Assembly (NCBI GenBank): GCA_029979505.1
Contig: JAPOHH010000005.1
Span: forward strand, 4,249 to 68,248
From: a bacterium
GTDB lineage: Bacteria > Pseudomonadota > Gammaproteobacteria > GCA-002705445 > GCA-002716945
Length of the DNA: 64,000 nucleotides
Direction of reading: 5' to 3'
In this document: positions 1 through 9,672 of the stretch, one piece after another
Numbering within the stretch: position 1 is the stretch's first letter
Layout: each line of letters begins with the position of its first letter
Notes under the pieces: model-generated
The model's database searches: none
The model's input: the letters and a program-made list of their open reading frames with translations, nothing else
Told to the model about the DNA's origin: nothing
Program-made: the position numbers and the translations under genes

Positions 1-298
1 GAAAACTTATGTGACTCTCATTTAAATGAGCTACACCTGATGCGCCAAAAATGACATCATCAGATTCTATTATTGAACTCAAGCTCGTGCCACTAGGATT
101 AAAGGAGTGTTGCGATGTATGCAAAATTTTTGTATTTAGAGTTTTTGATATGCCATTAATAATATCCATGAGGTCATGAACACAATATCTTTGTTCTATC
201 TCTCTATTTTTATGTAACCTATTCTTATCATTACAAGAATAGCCATAATAAGAATTTAGAATTAGTGATTGACTTGTATTTGTTATATTAGGTTTCAT
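1..298 (-). CDS. speD: S-adenosylmethionine decarboxylase proenzyme (partial, runs off window)
   Basis: Not in ORF track. Manual translation from ATG at 298: MKPNITNTSQSLILNSYYG...FNPSGTSLSSII...GVAHLNESHISF, matching the E. coli-type SpeD VAHLDKSHI self-cleavage motif; start overlaps end of VOC gene. Confidence 0.85.
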   Translation of the reverse strand, partial: MKPNITNTSQSLILNSYYGYSCNDKNRLHKNREIEQRYCVHDLMDIINGISKTLNTKILHTSQHSFNPSGTSLSSIIESDDVIFGASGVAHLNESHISF

Positions 299-680
299 TG
301 CTTAATGTAGGATGCCACAATATTTGCAGAATATTACCATCTGGATCCTTTACATAAAAGCTAATAGAGCCATCTCTATGTATTTTTTTTTCTTTATGAA
401 TTTTTATATTATTGTCCTTCATATGATTCAAATAAATATCAATATCACTCTCGCTCTTCACAAATATGCCGAAATGATCCAGTCGAGAATCATTTACATC
501 ATCAGATACAGTACTATCATAATGGAGTGCTAAATTATCAGAGCCATTTGTTAGGTAAGCATTATTATCATCAGGTCTCCAGTCAACTTTCATACCAAGA
601 ATTTGAGTATAGAAATTAAAACATTCCTCAAAATTTTTGACTTTGAGAGCTAGGTGTCTCATACCTAAGTTATTCTCCAT
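288..680 (-). CDS. VOC (glyoxalase/bleomycin resistance) family protein
   Basis: RHLALKV...FYTQILGM, LDHFGIFV, FYVKDPDGNILQI motifs. Confidence 0.85.
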   Translation of the reverse strand: MENNLGMRHLALKVKNFEECFNFYTQILGMKVDWRPDDNNAYLTNGSDNLALHYDSTVSDDVNDSRLDHFGIFVKSESDIDIYLNHMKDNNIKIHKEKKIHRDGSISFYVKDPDGNILQILWHPTLSNET

Positions 681-1446
681 TTATTAAAACCTCTATTTCA
701 TTCATTATATTTTTAGATTTTACCAAATGCTCACCAATTAAAAATGTAAATATTCCAGCATTATTAAGCTTTATAATATCTTCTCTACTATGAATACCAC
801 TTTCACTCACTAAAACTATATTATCGTCATTCACAAATTTAGATAGTTTTTCGCTCGTATTTATGTCTACGTCAAAGGTTTTTAAATTTCTATTATTGAT
901 TCCAATTAATTTGGCTTTGTATGATAGAGCAAATTCAAGTTCATTCTCATCATGAACTTCTGTAAGAACATCTAAGTTAAGTTCGTATGCTAGATCAGCA
1001 AGTTGTTTATACATGGCAGGTGATAAAGCAGATACTATTAATAGAATGCAATCTGCTCCAAGCATCTTACTTTCGTAAATCTGAATAGGGTCTAATATGA
1101 AATCTTTTCTGAGTATTGGTATGTTAATTAAACTCTTAGCTGATAGTAAATCATCATTAGATCCATTAAAGTAATTTTTTTCTGTTAACACTGATACACA
1201 AGAAGCTCCGCCGGCTTCATAACGTCTAACAATTTCAGTTACATTTAGATTATCATTTAAAACTCCTTTACTTGGTGATTTTCTTTTAACTTCAGCAATA
1301 ATAGAATTTTTTTTATTATTTTGATTTTTAAGTAAGTTCTTATAAAAGCTTGTTGTTTTTCTTTCAAATTTTAGATTCGAAATATCAAGCTCAGTTTTTA
1401 GTTTTTCAACTTCAATCAATTTACTTTTAATTATCTCATTTAGCAT
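670..1446 (-). CDS. trpC: Indole-3-glycerol phosphate synthase
   Basis: IAEVKRKSPSKG, LRKDFI, GINNRNL, SESGI motifs; trp operon context. Confidence 0.97.
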   Translation of the reverse strand: MLNEIIKSKLIEVEKLKTELDISNLKFERKTTSFYKNLLKNQNNKKNSIIAEVKRKSPSKGVLNDNLNVTEIVRRYEAGGASCVSVLTEKNYFNGSNDDLLSAKSLINIPILRKDFILDPIQIYESKMLGADCILLIVSALSPAMYKQLADLAYELNLDVLTEVHDENELEFALSYKAKLIGINNRNLKTFDVDINTSEKLSKFVNDDNIVLVSESGIHSREDIIKLNNAGIFTFLIGEHLVKSKNIMNEIEVLINGE

Positions 1447-2467
1447 CTTTTGAGACCTGATTAGTAAAATCTATGTATTGATTAAATTTATCTCTAACGA
1501 GATAATTTTCTAAGGAGTCTTTACATTGTGTAATAGCATCTTTAAGGTCAATTTCTTTATATAACATGACAAGAAGCGCCGCATTAAGAATTGATATTTT
1601 TCTTGAGTCGGAATTTATATTGTTAATGACGGAATAAATAATATCAAGACTACTCCTTTCATTATTAGTTTTGATAGTATCAATGTCATCTCCAGCTAAA
1701 TCATATTTAGTTGGATCTATAGTATAACTGGTAATATTATTATTTTTAATCTCCAAGACATCCGTTATATCGTATATACTTGCTTCGTCCAAACCATCTC
1801 TAGAATTTATAATCAACGCTCTTGTTGTTCCTAACTCCAAAAGTGCACTAGCAATCAAATTCATTGCATCATTATTGTAAGTGCCTATTAATTGAATTTT
1901 TGCATTTGCTGGATTAGTAATAGGACCCAACATATTAAAAATTGTTTTTTCTGGAGCAAGACTTTTTCTAGAGTTAGCAACATTCTTCATAGCCGCATGG
2001 TGAAGCGGTGCAAACATAAATCCAAAGTTAATATGCGAAATACATTTACTTACTTGTTCAGGTTCCAAGTCAATTTTAGCTCCAGCATCATGAAGCAAAT
2101 CAGCACTTCCTGATGAACTTGTAATAGCCTTGTTTCCATGTTTTGCTACTTTGACATCACATGCAGCTGCAATAAATGATGCGCAGGTAGAAATGTTAAA
2201 TGTGCCTATTCCATCACCGCCTGTTCCACAGCTGTCAATAACTTTATCATTAACGTCAACTTTGGTAGAAATCTTCCTCATAGCTGTGGCGAAACCAATT
2301 AATTCTTGTGAACAAATTTTTTTCTTATTTAACATAAGAAGTATTTCTTTTATTTGATTATCATCTAAAGAACCTTCAAACATTTTTTCAGAAACAAAGC
2401 ATGCTTCATCAACAGATAAATCTTTTCCTTTTTTTAAACTTGTTTGTATATTTTCAATATTATACAT
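1436..2467 (-). CDS. trpD: Anthranilate phosphoribosyltransferase
   Basis: DSCGTGGDG, FNIST, KHGNK, SGSAD motifs. Confidence 0.97.
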   Translation of the reverse strand: MYNIENIQTSLKKGKDLSVDEACFVSEKMFEGSLDDNQIKEILLMLNKKKICSQELIGFATAMRKISTKVDVNDKVIDSCGTGGDGIGTFNISTCASFIAAACDVKVAKHGNKAITSSSGSADLLHDAGAKIDLEPEQVSKCISHINFGFMFAPLHHAAMKNVANSRKSLAPEKTIFNMLGPITNPANAKIQLIGTYNNDAMNLIASALLELGTTRALIINSRDGLDEASIYDITDVLEIKNNNITSYTIDPTKYDLAGDDIDTIKTNNERSSLDIIYSVINNINSDSRKISILNAALLVMLYKEIDLKDAITQCKDSLENYLVRDKFNQYIDFTNQVSKDAK

Positions 2468-3035
2468 TTAAAAAATTCTCTAAAAGCTTATGTCCAAATT
2501 CTGTTAAAATTGATTCCGGATGGAATTGTACACCAAATAGATTATATTCTTTATGTCGCAATCCCATAATTTCAGCATCTAAATTACTATCATCTGTTCT
2601 TGCTGTTATCACAAGTGAATCAGGAAACGACTCTTCTTGAATAACTAATGAATGATATCTTGTTGCTGTAAATTGCTGAGGTATGTTATTGAATAAGTAG
2701 TCTGCGTCATGAGTTATTTTTGATGTTTTACCATGCATGATATTTTTTGCCGAAACAATTTTGCCACCAAATGCTTGTCCAATTGTTTGGTGGCCTAAGC
2801 AGACACCTAGAATTGGTTTCACTTTATAATACTTTTTAACTACTTCGATAGATATACCTGCTTCATTTGGTGTGCAAGGCCCTGGTGATATAACAATTTT
2901 TTCTGGATTAATTTTATCTATTTCATCTAAAGTTATTTTGTCATTTCTTTTTACTAATACATCAGCACCTAATTCCCCTAAATACTGAACAATATTAAAT
3001 GTAAATGAGTCATAATTATCTATCATCAAAATCAT
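2460..3035 (-). CDS. trpG: Anthranilate synthase component II (glutamine amidotransferase)
   Basis: IDNYDSFT, SPGP, GVCLGHQ, FHPES. Confidence 0.97.
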   Translation of the reverse strand: MILMIDNYDSFTFNIVQYLGELGADVLVKRNDKITLDEIDKINPEKIVISPGPCTPNEAGISIEVVKKYYKVKPILGVCLGHQTIGQAFGGKIVSAKNIMHGKTSKITHDADYLFNNIPQQFTATRYHSLVIQEESFPDSLVITARTDDSNLDAEIMGLRHKEYNLFGVQFHPESILTEFGHKLLENFLNV

Positions 3036-4492
3036 TCTTTTTCTCTAAGTTTCTCTAATGCTCTAATTATAGCTTTGCCTTTATTAATTGTTTCATCCCA
3101 CTCTAGTTCAGGTATAGAATCGTAAACAATACCTGCTCCACACTGGATATGTAGTTTATCAGATTTGATTACGCATGTTCTTATAGCTATAGCAGTATCC
3201 ATATTACCATTCCAACCTAAATATCCAATTGCTCCAGCATATATTCCTCTTTTTATATTCTCAAGCTCAAAAATAATTTGTAGTGCTCGGATTTTTGGCG
3301 CACCCGACACGGTTCCTGCAGGAAATGTTGCTCTTAGTACATCAAACATTGTAAGATTTGGATTGATTTTACCCTCTACATTAGAAACCATATGCATAAC
3401 ATGAGAGTATTTTTCTATAATCATCTTATCTGTAATTTTTATTGATCCAGCTTTACATATCCTTCCAATGTCGTTTCTTCCTAAATCAATTAGCATCAAA
3501 TGTTCAGCCAGCTCTTTTTTATCATCTAATAAATCAATTTCATAATTATCATCCTGTTGCTTGTTAATTCCTCTTGGACGTGTTCCAGCAATGGGTCTAA
3601 CAGTAACATTGTCATTTTCTAACCTTGCAAGTATTTCTGGAGAAGATCCAACCACAGTATAATCTCCCATATTTAGATAATACATATAGGGTGATGGGTT
3701 TATTTTTCTGAGTTCTTTATAAAACTCAATCGGCTCCTCTTTAAAATCTATAGTTATTCTTTGTGAGAGAACGACCTGCATTACATCGCCATTATTTATA
3801 TAATTTTTAATTTTATCTACAGCAGACATAAAATCTTTTTTTTCAAAGTCATACTGTATATCCATACTATATCGATTTTTATTTGTTACCTTCTTATTCA
3901 GTTTTTTGTTTAACTTCAATGAGTACTCATCGATTTTCTTGATACTGTATTCGTAATCTTCTTTTGTATTATTTGAAAAAACTACAATAAAAACCTTACT
4001 ATTTACTTTGTCAAATACGATAAAATCTTTACATATTATCAAAGATATATCTGGAGCATTAATGTCATTCTCTTGCGCACTCTTTATAACCTTATCTTCA
4101 AAATAACATATTGATTCAAAAGAGAAGTGTCCTACTAACCCGCCACAAAATGATGGAAGATTATGAGGAATAAAAACTTTATATGAAGAGAAGTGCTCCT
4201 CTATCCACCCAAAAGGATTTGAGTTTGTATGTTCTCTCTCCAATAGAAAGTTACGATACTGCTTTATATTGTTACCATAAACATTAATATAATCTCCGGA
4301 TGAACATCCAATTATTGTATACCGACTCCAATTTTTATCACCTTCAAGTGACTCAAAAAAAAATGATTTCGTCTCATCAAAATGTTGGCTATAAACATTA
4401 ATAGCGTCATATTCATTTGAATCTATTTCTTTGATGATAGGTATGAGTGTGAAGCCGTCTTTAACCTTTTTTAAAAAATCTGAAAATTCCAT
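3032..4492 (-). CDS. trpE: Anthranilate synthase component I
   Basis: NPSPYMY, GSSPE, PIAGTRPRG, EHLMLIDLGRND, PAGTVSGAPK. Confidence 0.97.
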   Translation of the reverse strand: MEFSDFLKKVKDGFTLIPIIKEIDSNEYDAINVYSQHFDETKSFFFESLEGDKNWSRYTIIGCSSGDYINVYGNNIKQYRNFLLEREHTNSNPFGWIEEHFSSYKVFIPHNLPSFCGGLVGHFSFESICYFEDKVIKSAQENDINAPDISLIICKDFIVFDKVNSKVFIVVFSNNTKEDYEYSIKKIDEYSLKLNKKLNKKVTNKNRYSMDIQYDFEKKDFMSAVDKIKNYINNGDVMQVVLSQRITIDFKEEPIEFYKELRKINPSPYMYYLNMGDYTVVGSSPEILARLENDNVTVRPIAGTRPRGINKQQDDNYEIDLLDDKKELAEHLMLIDLGRNDIGRICKAGSIKITDKMIIEKYSHVMHMVSNVEGKINPNLTMFDVLRATFPAGTVSGAPKIRALQIIFELENIKRGIYAGAIGYLGWNGNMDTAIAIRTCVIKSDKLHIQCGAGIVYDSIPELEWDETINKGKAIIRALEKLREKE

Positions 4493-4501
4493 TTACCTTG
4501 A

Positions 4502-5170
4502 TTAAGATTGAGAAATAAGTTTTCTCATTTGAGAAATAGTTTTTTTGTAATCTTCTGATTTAAATATTGCAGATCCAGCTACAAAAGTATCTGCACCACA
4601 CTCAGCTACTTTTGCTATATTATTCAGATTTATACCACCGTCAACTTCTAATCGTATGTTAGGATTAACAGCATCAATTAATTCTCTCACCTCTATAATT
4701 TTTTCATAGGTTGAATCAATAAATTTCTGGCCAGCAAAACCAGGATTCACAGACATAAGCAAAACCATATCTATTTGCTCAAGACAATATTCAAGTACAG
4801 ACACACTTGTTGCTGGATTAAGAACAACCCCTGGCATACATCCTTGGTCTTTAATTAGCTTGATTGTTCTGTCGACATGTCTTGTTGCCTCTGGATGAAA
4901 AGTAATATAATTTGCTCCGGCTTTAGCAAACTGAGGGATAATTTCATCTACAGGACTTACCATCAAGTGTACATCAATAGTTGACTTTATTCCGTACGCT
5001 CGAAGAGCATCGCAAACTAATGGACCAATAGTCAAATTAGGAACATAGTGATTGTCCATTACATCAAAATGAATGAAATCAGCTCCTGCTTCAACGACAT
5101 CAGATACATCTTTTCCTAGATTTGCAAAATCTGCAGATAAAATTGATGGGGCTATTATATAATCTTTCAT
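4502..5170 (-). CDS. rpe: Ribulose-phosphate 3-epimerase
   Basis: [38 protein letters not shown]. Confidence 0.98.
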   Translation of the reverse strand: MKDYIIAPSILSADFANLGKDVSDVVEAGADFIHFDVMDNHYVPNLTIGPLVCDALRAYGIKSTIDVHLMVSPVDEIIPQFAKAGANYITFHPEATRHVDRTIKLIKDQGCMPGVVLNPATSVSVLEYCLEQIDMVLLMSVNPGFAGQKFIDSTYEKIIEVRELIDAVNPNIRLEVDGGINLNNIAKVAECGADTFVAGSAIFKSEDYKKTISQMRKLISQS

Positions 5171-5232
5171 TTAATATCGGTGGTTGAAGTCAGTATAAGT
5201 CATTCATTGGCTTAATTAAAATTATTTTTTTA

Positions 5233-5276
5233 TGATAAAATATGCTTACAAAATTAATATGGAACTTTATAAGGAG
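5233..5276 (+). promoter_or_regulatory. Putative extended -10 promoter and strong SD for pseudoazurin-purC-bioD
   Basis: TG-a-TAAAAT at 5233-5241; AAGGAG at 5271-5276, 5 nt before ATG. Promoter call is weak in AT-rich DNA. Confidence 0.5.
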
Positions 5277-5281
5277 AAATC

Positions 5282-5734
5282 ATGGAAATAACAAGAAAGT
5301 TACTTATGCTTGTAATATTTATTATAAGTATTCCAGTTAATGCAGCAGATCATACAATAGAAATGCTTAGTTCATCAAATGGTCAAATGATGGTTTTTAA
5401 GCCTGCTGTTCTTAAAATTAATCCGGGAGATACAGTTACATGGAAGGCAACAAATCCTGGTCACAATACTGCATCTATTGAACAAATGAGTGCAGACCCA
5501 GCTCTTAAATGGAATGGTAAAATCAACGAAGAGCTTAAGATTACCTTTACCAAAGAAGGTGTATATGGTTATAAATGTACTCCTCACTATATCCTTGGTA
5601 TGGTAGGCGTTATATCAGTTGGAAAAAACTTAGACAATCTATCCGCTTCTACAGATTTTGCAATTGCTGAAGAGAAAAAGTTTGCAACAAACAAAGATAG
5701 ATTTTCAAATTATATGAATGAGCTTAAAAATTAA
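5282..5734 (+). CDS. Pseudoazurin (type 1 blue copper protein)
   Basis: Signal peptide ending VNA/ADH; MVFKPAVLKINPGDTVTW; Cu ligands GHN and YKCTPHYILGMVG (His, Cys, His, Met). Confidence 0.92.
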   Translation: MEITRKLLMLVIFIISIPVNAADHTIEMLSSSNGQMMVFKPAVLKINPGDTVTWKATNPGHNTASIEQMSADPALKWNGKINEELKITFTKEGVYGYKCTPHYILGMVGVISVGKNLDNLSASTDFAIAEEKKFATNKDRFSNYMNELKN

Positions 5735-6591
5735 TGGTTCAAAATGAAAACTTCTTCCTGGAGAATAAACCTTTATTCTCCGGGAAAATCAGGGAAATAT
5801 TCAACTACTCTGAAGATAAACTAATCATTAAAACATCAGATAAAATATCTGCTTTTGATTTTGTGTTCGATGATGAAATTCCATCTAAAGGAAAGTTACT
5901 TACTAAAATAGCAAAGTTTTGGTTTGATAAGACCAAACATATAATTAAAAACCATATTCTAGATGACTCGATGCTTACTAGTGTTAATCCTGAAATATCA
6001 GAGTCTTGTCTTGTTGTAAAAAAATGTAAGCCAATAAGAATAGAGGCAATAGTCAGAGGATACATATCTGGATCTGCATACAATCAGTATGTTAAGGACG
6101 GCATGGTCTCTAATATTAAAATGGAAGATGGTCTTAAACTTAATGATAAGCTTGAAACTCCAATATTTACTCCTTCAACAAAAGCAGAAGTTGGTGAAAA
6201 AGATGAAAATATTACATTTGATGAAATGATGAATATAATTGGTGAAGAAAAAGCAAGTTATATAAAAAATAAGAGTGTTGAACTGTATAAATTTGCACAT
6301 GAATATGCGCTAAGAAAAGGATTATGTCTCATAGATACAAAATTTGAATTTGGTTGTGATAATAATGGTGATGTCATTTTAATTGATGAAATATTTACAC
6401 CTGACTGTTCAAGATACTGCTTAGCAAAAGATATTAGTAATCAAGACGTAGAATTCTTTGATAAACAATTTTTCAGAAATTATTTAAAAGAAATTAAATG
6501 GAATGAAACTCAAATAACTATTCCAGAAAAAATAAAAAATATTATTATATCTCGGTATGAAAAAGTTTACCTAATGCTAATCGATGAGTAA
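5734..6591 (+). CDS. purC: Phosphoribosylaminoimidazolesuccinocarboxamide (SAICAR) synthase
   Basis: SGKIREI, SDKISAFD, IVRGYISGS, FTPSTKA, DTKFEFG, DEIFTPDCSR. Confidence 0.96.
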   Translation: MVQNENFFLENKPLFSGKIREIFNYSEDKLIIKTSDKISAFDFVFDDEIPSKGKLLTKIAKFWFDKTKHIIKNHILDDSMLTSVNPEISESCLVVKKCKPIRIEAIVRGYISGSAYNQYVKDGMVSNIKMEDGLKLNDKLETPIFTPSTKAEVGEKDENITFDEMMNIIGEEKASYIKNKSVELYKFAHEYALRKGLCLIDTKFEFGCDNNGDVILIDEIFTPDCSRYCLAKDISNQDVEFFDKQFFRNYLKEIKWNETQITIPEKIKNIIISRYEKVYLMLIDE

Positions 6592-7231
6592 GTATATTTT
6601 CATAACAGGTACAAACACAGATGTAGGCAAGACGTATATTGGAACAAAGTTAATAAAAATATTACATAAGAAGCATGGATTTTTAGCGTTTAAACCTATT
6701 GAAACTGGGTGTAAAAAAATCAAAAAAATGCTTATACCTGCAGATTCAACAATTTATCATGACGTATTAAAAAATTATCAAACTTTAGAAGAACTAAACC
6801 CATATAGATTTATACCTCCTGTATCTCCTTGTTTAGCTATTAGAGATGCAAACAAAAAAATTTATATGAAAGATTACTTAAAAAAACTAAAATCGCTACG
6901 CTATGATTCACCAGTTTTGATAGAAGGAGCAGGTGGAGCTTTTTCGCCATTAGCTTTAGATGGTTTAAATATTGATTTCATGAAAATAGTAAGATCAATA
7001 AATATTTTAGTCATTAAAGATGAGTTGGGATGTATCAGCTCAGCGATATCAAATATTTTAGCATTCGAAAAATATAAGGTGCGTTTAGATTTATTAGTTT
7101 TGAACACAAAAAACAAAAATAAAATGGATAACCTAAATGAAATTAAGAAGTTTACTAAAATTCCAATAGTAAATTACACAAATACCACTTCAATCACAAT
7201 GATTGAGAGCATAATTAGTAAACTATTATAG
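6584..7231 (+). CDS. bioD: Dethiobiotin synthase
   Basis: FITGTNTDVGKT, KPIETG, IEGAGG, LGCIS. Confidence 0.93.
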   Translation: MSKYIFITGTNTDVGKTYIGTKLIKILHKKHGFLAFKPIETGCKKIKKMLIPADSTIYHDVLKNYQTLEELNPYRFIPPVSPCLAIRDANKKIYMKDYLKKLKSLRYDSPVLIEGAGGAFSPLALDGLNIDFMKIVRSINILVIKDELGCISSAISNILAFEKYKVRLDLLVLNTKNKNKMDNLNEIKKFTKIPIVNYTNTTSITMIESIISKLL

Positions 7232-8239
7232 ATCTCCTACAGATGACATAGAACATCGACTGGCTCTTTCAATCAATATGCTCTGTGATTTGTTTAAATT
7301 TTCATCTTTTCCCAACCATGCAGACAATGCAGCAGCTTGAATGGCTCTAGCATATGAAAATGTTACTCTCCAAGGAAGTTCATTGTTTTTATTCATGATA
7401 TTAAGATGTTCTTCTGCTTCAGTGTCAGATTGGCCACCTGATAAAAATGCTATTCCAGATGTATTATTTGGGACACATTCTTTTAGACAATCAATTGTCA
7501 TCTTTGCAACTTGCTCTTTATTAGCTCTAGAAGAATTATCCTCTCCAGAAATCACCATACTAGGCTTAAGAACAGTACCTGGCAGGTAAACATTCAACAT
7601 GTCTAAATTTCTAAAAAGTGAATCAAGAGTTAATCTTGTTACCTTATCACAATCTTCAATAGAATGCGGACCATTGATAAGTACTTCGGGCTCAACAATC
7701 GGGACAAGGTTATTCTCTTGACATAAAGATGCATATCTTGCTAGTGCATTCATATTTGATTCTATACAACCATTTGTCGGTATGTCTTTACCTATAGTTA
7801 TTACAGCTCTCCACTTACAAAACTTTGCGCCATCATCATAATACTTTGCAAGTCTCTCTCTAAGTCCGTCTAATCCCTCTGTAATTTTTTCATTAGGATG
7901 GCATGATAAATCTTTTGCCCCTTTATCAACTTTAATCCCTGGAAGAATACCTATGGAGTTTAAATAGTCTCTAAAAAGAGTTCCGTCATTCATCTTCTGA
8001 TTAAATGTTTCTTCAAATAATATTGCTCCGCTTATGTATTTCGAAAGATCAGGCGATGTAACAATCAATTCTCTGTATCTTCTTCTATTAGTTTCATTAT
8101 TCTCAACATTGATGGATGCAAGACGTTTAGCAATAGTTGGACTACTCTCATCCATGGCAAGTATACCTTTAGGACGAGCCATCATTTTTTTTGCTGTTTC
8201 TTGTAAAATATTCTTATCCACACTTTCTCTCCTATTCAT
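7226..8239 (-). CDS. fba: Fructose-bisphosphate aldolase class I (eukaryote-like Schiff-base type)
   Basis: KGILAMDES, GIKVDKG, KWRAV, PIVEPEV, LKPSMV, FLSGGQ, FSYARA. Confidence 0.96.
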   Translation of the reverse strand: MNRRESVDKNILQETAKKMMARPKGILAMDESSPTIAKRLASINVENNETNRRRYRELIVTSPDLSKYISGAILFEETFNQKMNDGTLFRDYLNSIGILPGIKVDKGAKDLSCHPNEKITEGLDGLRERLAKYYDDGAKFCKWRAVITIGKDIPTNGCIESNMNALARYASLCQENNLVPIVEPEVLINGPHSIEDCDKVTRLTLDSLFRNLDMLNVYLPGTVLKPSMVISGEDNSSRANKEQVAKMTIDCLKECVPNNTSGIAFLSGGQSDTEAEEHLNIMNKNNELPWRVTFSYARAIQAAALSAWLGKDENLNKSQSILIERASRCSMSSVGDL

Positions 8240-9671
8240 TAATCTCTAACATATTACCAACTTCAACAACTTTCATTGCATTTGTTCCACCACTGGTACC
8301 TAGTAAATCTCCTTTTGTGATGATTACATAATCACCTTTTCTAACTGTGCCAATTTCTTTCATAAGTCCTATAACCTGTAAATTAGCTTGAGCATGATTT
8401 TCCTCTAATTTATCAAGTTTTATTGACTGTACACCTTTGTATAAACATATTCTTCTACTAGTTTTTATATTTTGCGTCATTGCATATATAGGAATATTTG
8501 ACTGGACTCTAGACATCCACAATGCAGTTGAGCCAGTTTCAGTTAATGCGGCAATAGCTACGACTTTAGTTAGTTTAGCACTGTAGACCGCTGATAATGC
8601 AATCACCTGATCAACAGGCAATGTTTTTGGCACCACTCTATCTACAGATAGAGGTCGAATATAGGCACCCTCTGATTCAACACATATTCTACTAGCCTCA
8701 CCAATAACTTCAGATGGATATTTACCGATAGCTGTTTCAGCAGAGAACATTATCGCATCTACACCTGAACTGACGGCATTAGCAACATCAAACACTTCTG
8801 CACGTGTAGGGACTCTATTAGAAATCATTGATTCCATCATTTGAGTCGCGACAATAACTAACTTATCAAATGATATCGCTTTTCTTATCAAAAATTTTTG
8901 TGCTGCTGGCAATTGTTCAATGCCTATTTCAACACCTAAATCACCTCTAGCTACGAGAAGACCATCAGATTCTTTAGTTATCTTGTCTATATTTTTTAAG
9001 GCCTCATTTCTTTCAATCTTTGAAATTATTCGTATATCTTTATTTTTAATTATTTTTTTTATCTCTTGAATATCTTTCTCATCTTTAACAAAAGATACAG
9101 CTAAATAATCGTATTCATAAGATAGAGATTTTCTTAAATCAGACTTATCTTTAGCTGTTATCCCTGATAGTGATAGACCTCCTCCTTTTTTATTTAAGCC
9201 TTGATAAGGCTTAAGCTTTCCACCACGATCAACTATAGTGTGAATTTTTTTAGATATTACGCTTTCAACTTTTAATTTAATTAAAGCATCGCTCAATAAA
9301 AGTTCATCGCCTTGTTTAACATTTTTATAAAGGTCTTTGAAAGTCACACCAACTTTTTTTTGAGTACCATTATCTTGCAAAGATGAATCAATGATAAATT
9401 TATCTCCAGTTCTTAACGTAATATATGGTTTTTTTGAAAAACCTTTGATTCTTACTTTTTGTCCCTGAAGATCAAGCATTACAGCTACTGGCCTTCCTAA
9501 CTTTTGCTCTTTATTCCTTACTAGCTCAATAATATTTTTAGCTTCTTCAATTTTTGTATGAGAAAGATTAATCCTGAATACATCTGCTCCTGCAAGCATC
9601 ATTTTTTCTAATTTTGCTCCATTTGAAGAAGAGGGGCCAAGCGATGCTATTATTTTAGTTCTTTTTTTCAT
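8232..9671 (-). CDS. pyk: Pyruvate kinase
   Basis: RTKIIASLGP, DLQGQKVR, KIER, VARGDLGVE, ATQMMESM, PTRAEVFDVANA. Confidence 0.97.
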   Translation of the reverse strand: MKKRTKIIASLGPSSSNGAKLEKMMLAGADVFRINLSHTKIEEAKNIIELVRNKEQKLGRPVAVMLDLQGQKVRIKGFSKKPYITLRTGDKFIIDSSLQDNGTQKKVGVTFKDLYKNVKQGDELLLSDALIKLKVESVISKKIHTIVDRGGKLKPYQGLNKKGGGLSLSGITAKDKSDLRKSLSYEYDYLAVSFVKDEKDIQEIKKIIKNKDIRIISKIERNEALKNIDKITKESDGLLVARGDLGVEIGIEQLPAAQKFLIRKAISFDKLVIVATQMMESMISNRVPTRAEVFDVANAVSSGVDAIMFSAETAIGKYPSEVIGEASRICVESEGAYIRPLSVDRVVPKTLPVDQVIALSAVYSAKLTKVVAIAALTETGSTALWMSRVQSNIPIYAMTQNIKTSRRICLYKGVQSIKLDKLEENHAQANLQVIGLMKEIGTVRKGDYVIITKGDLLGTSGGTNAMKVVEVGNMLEINE

Positions 9672-9672
9672 A

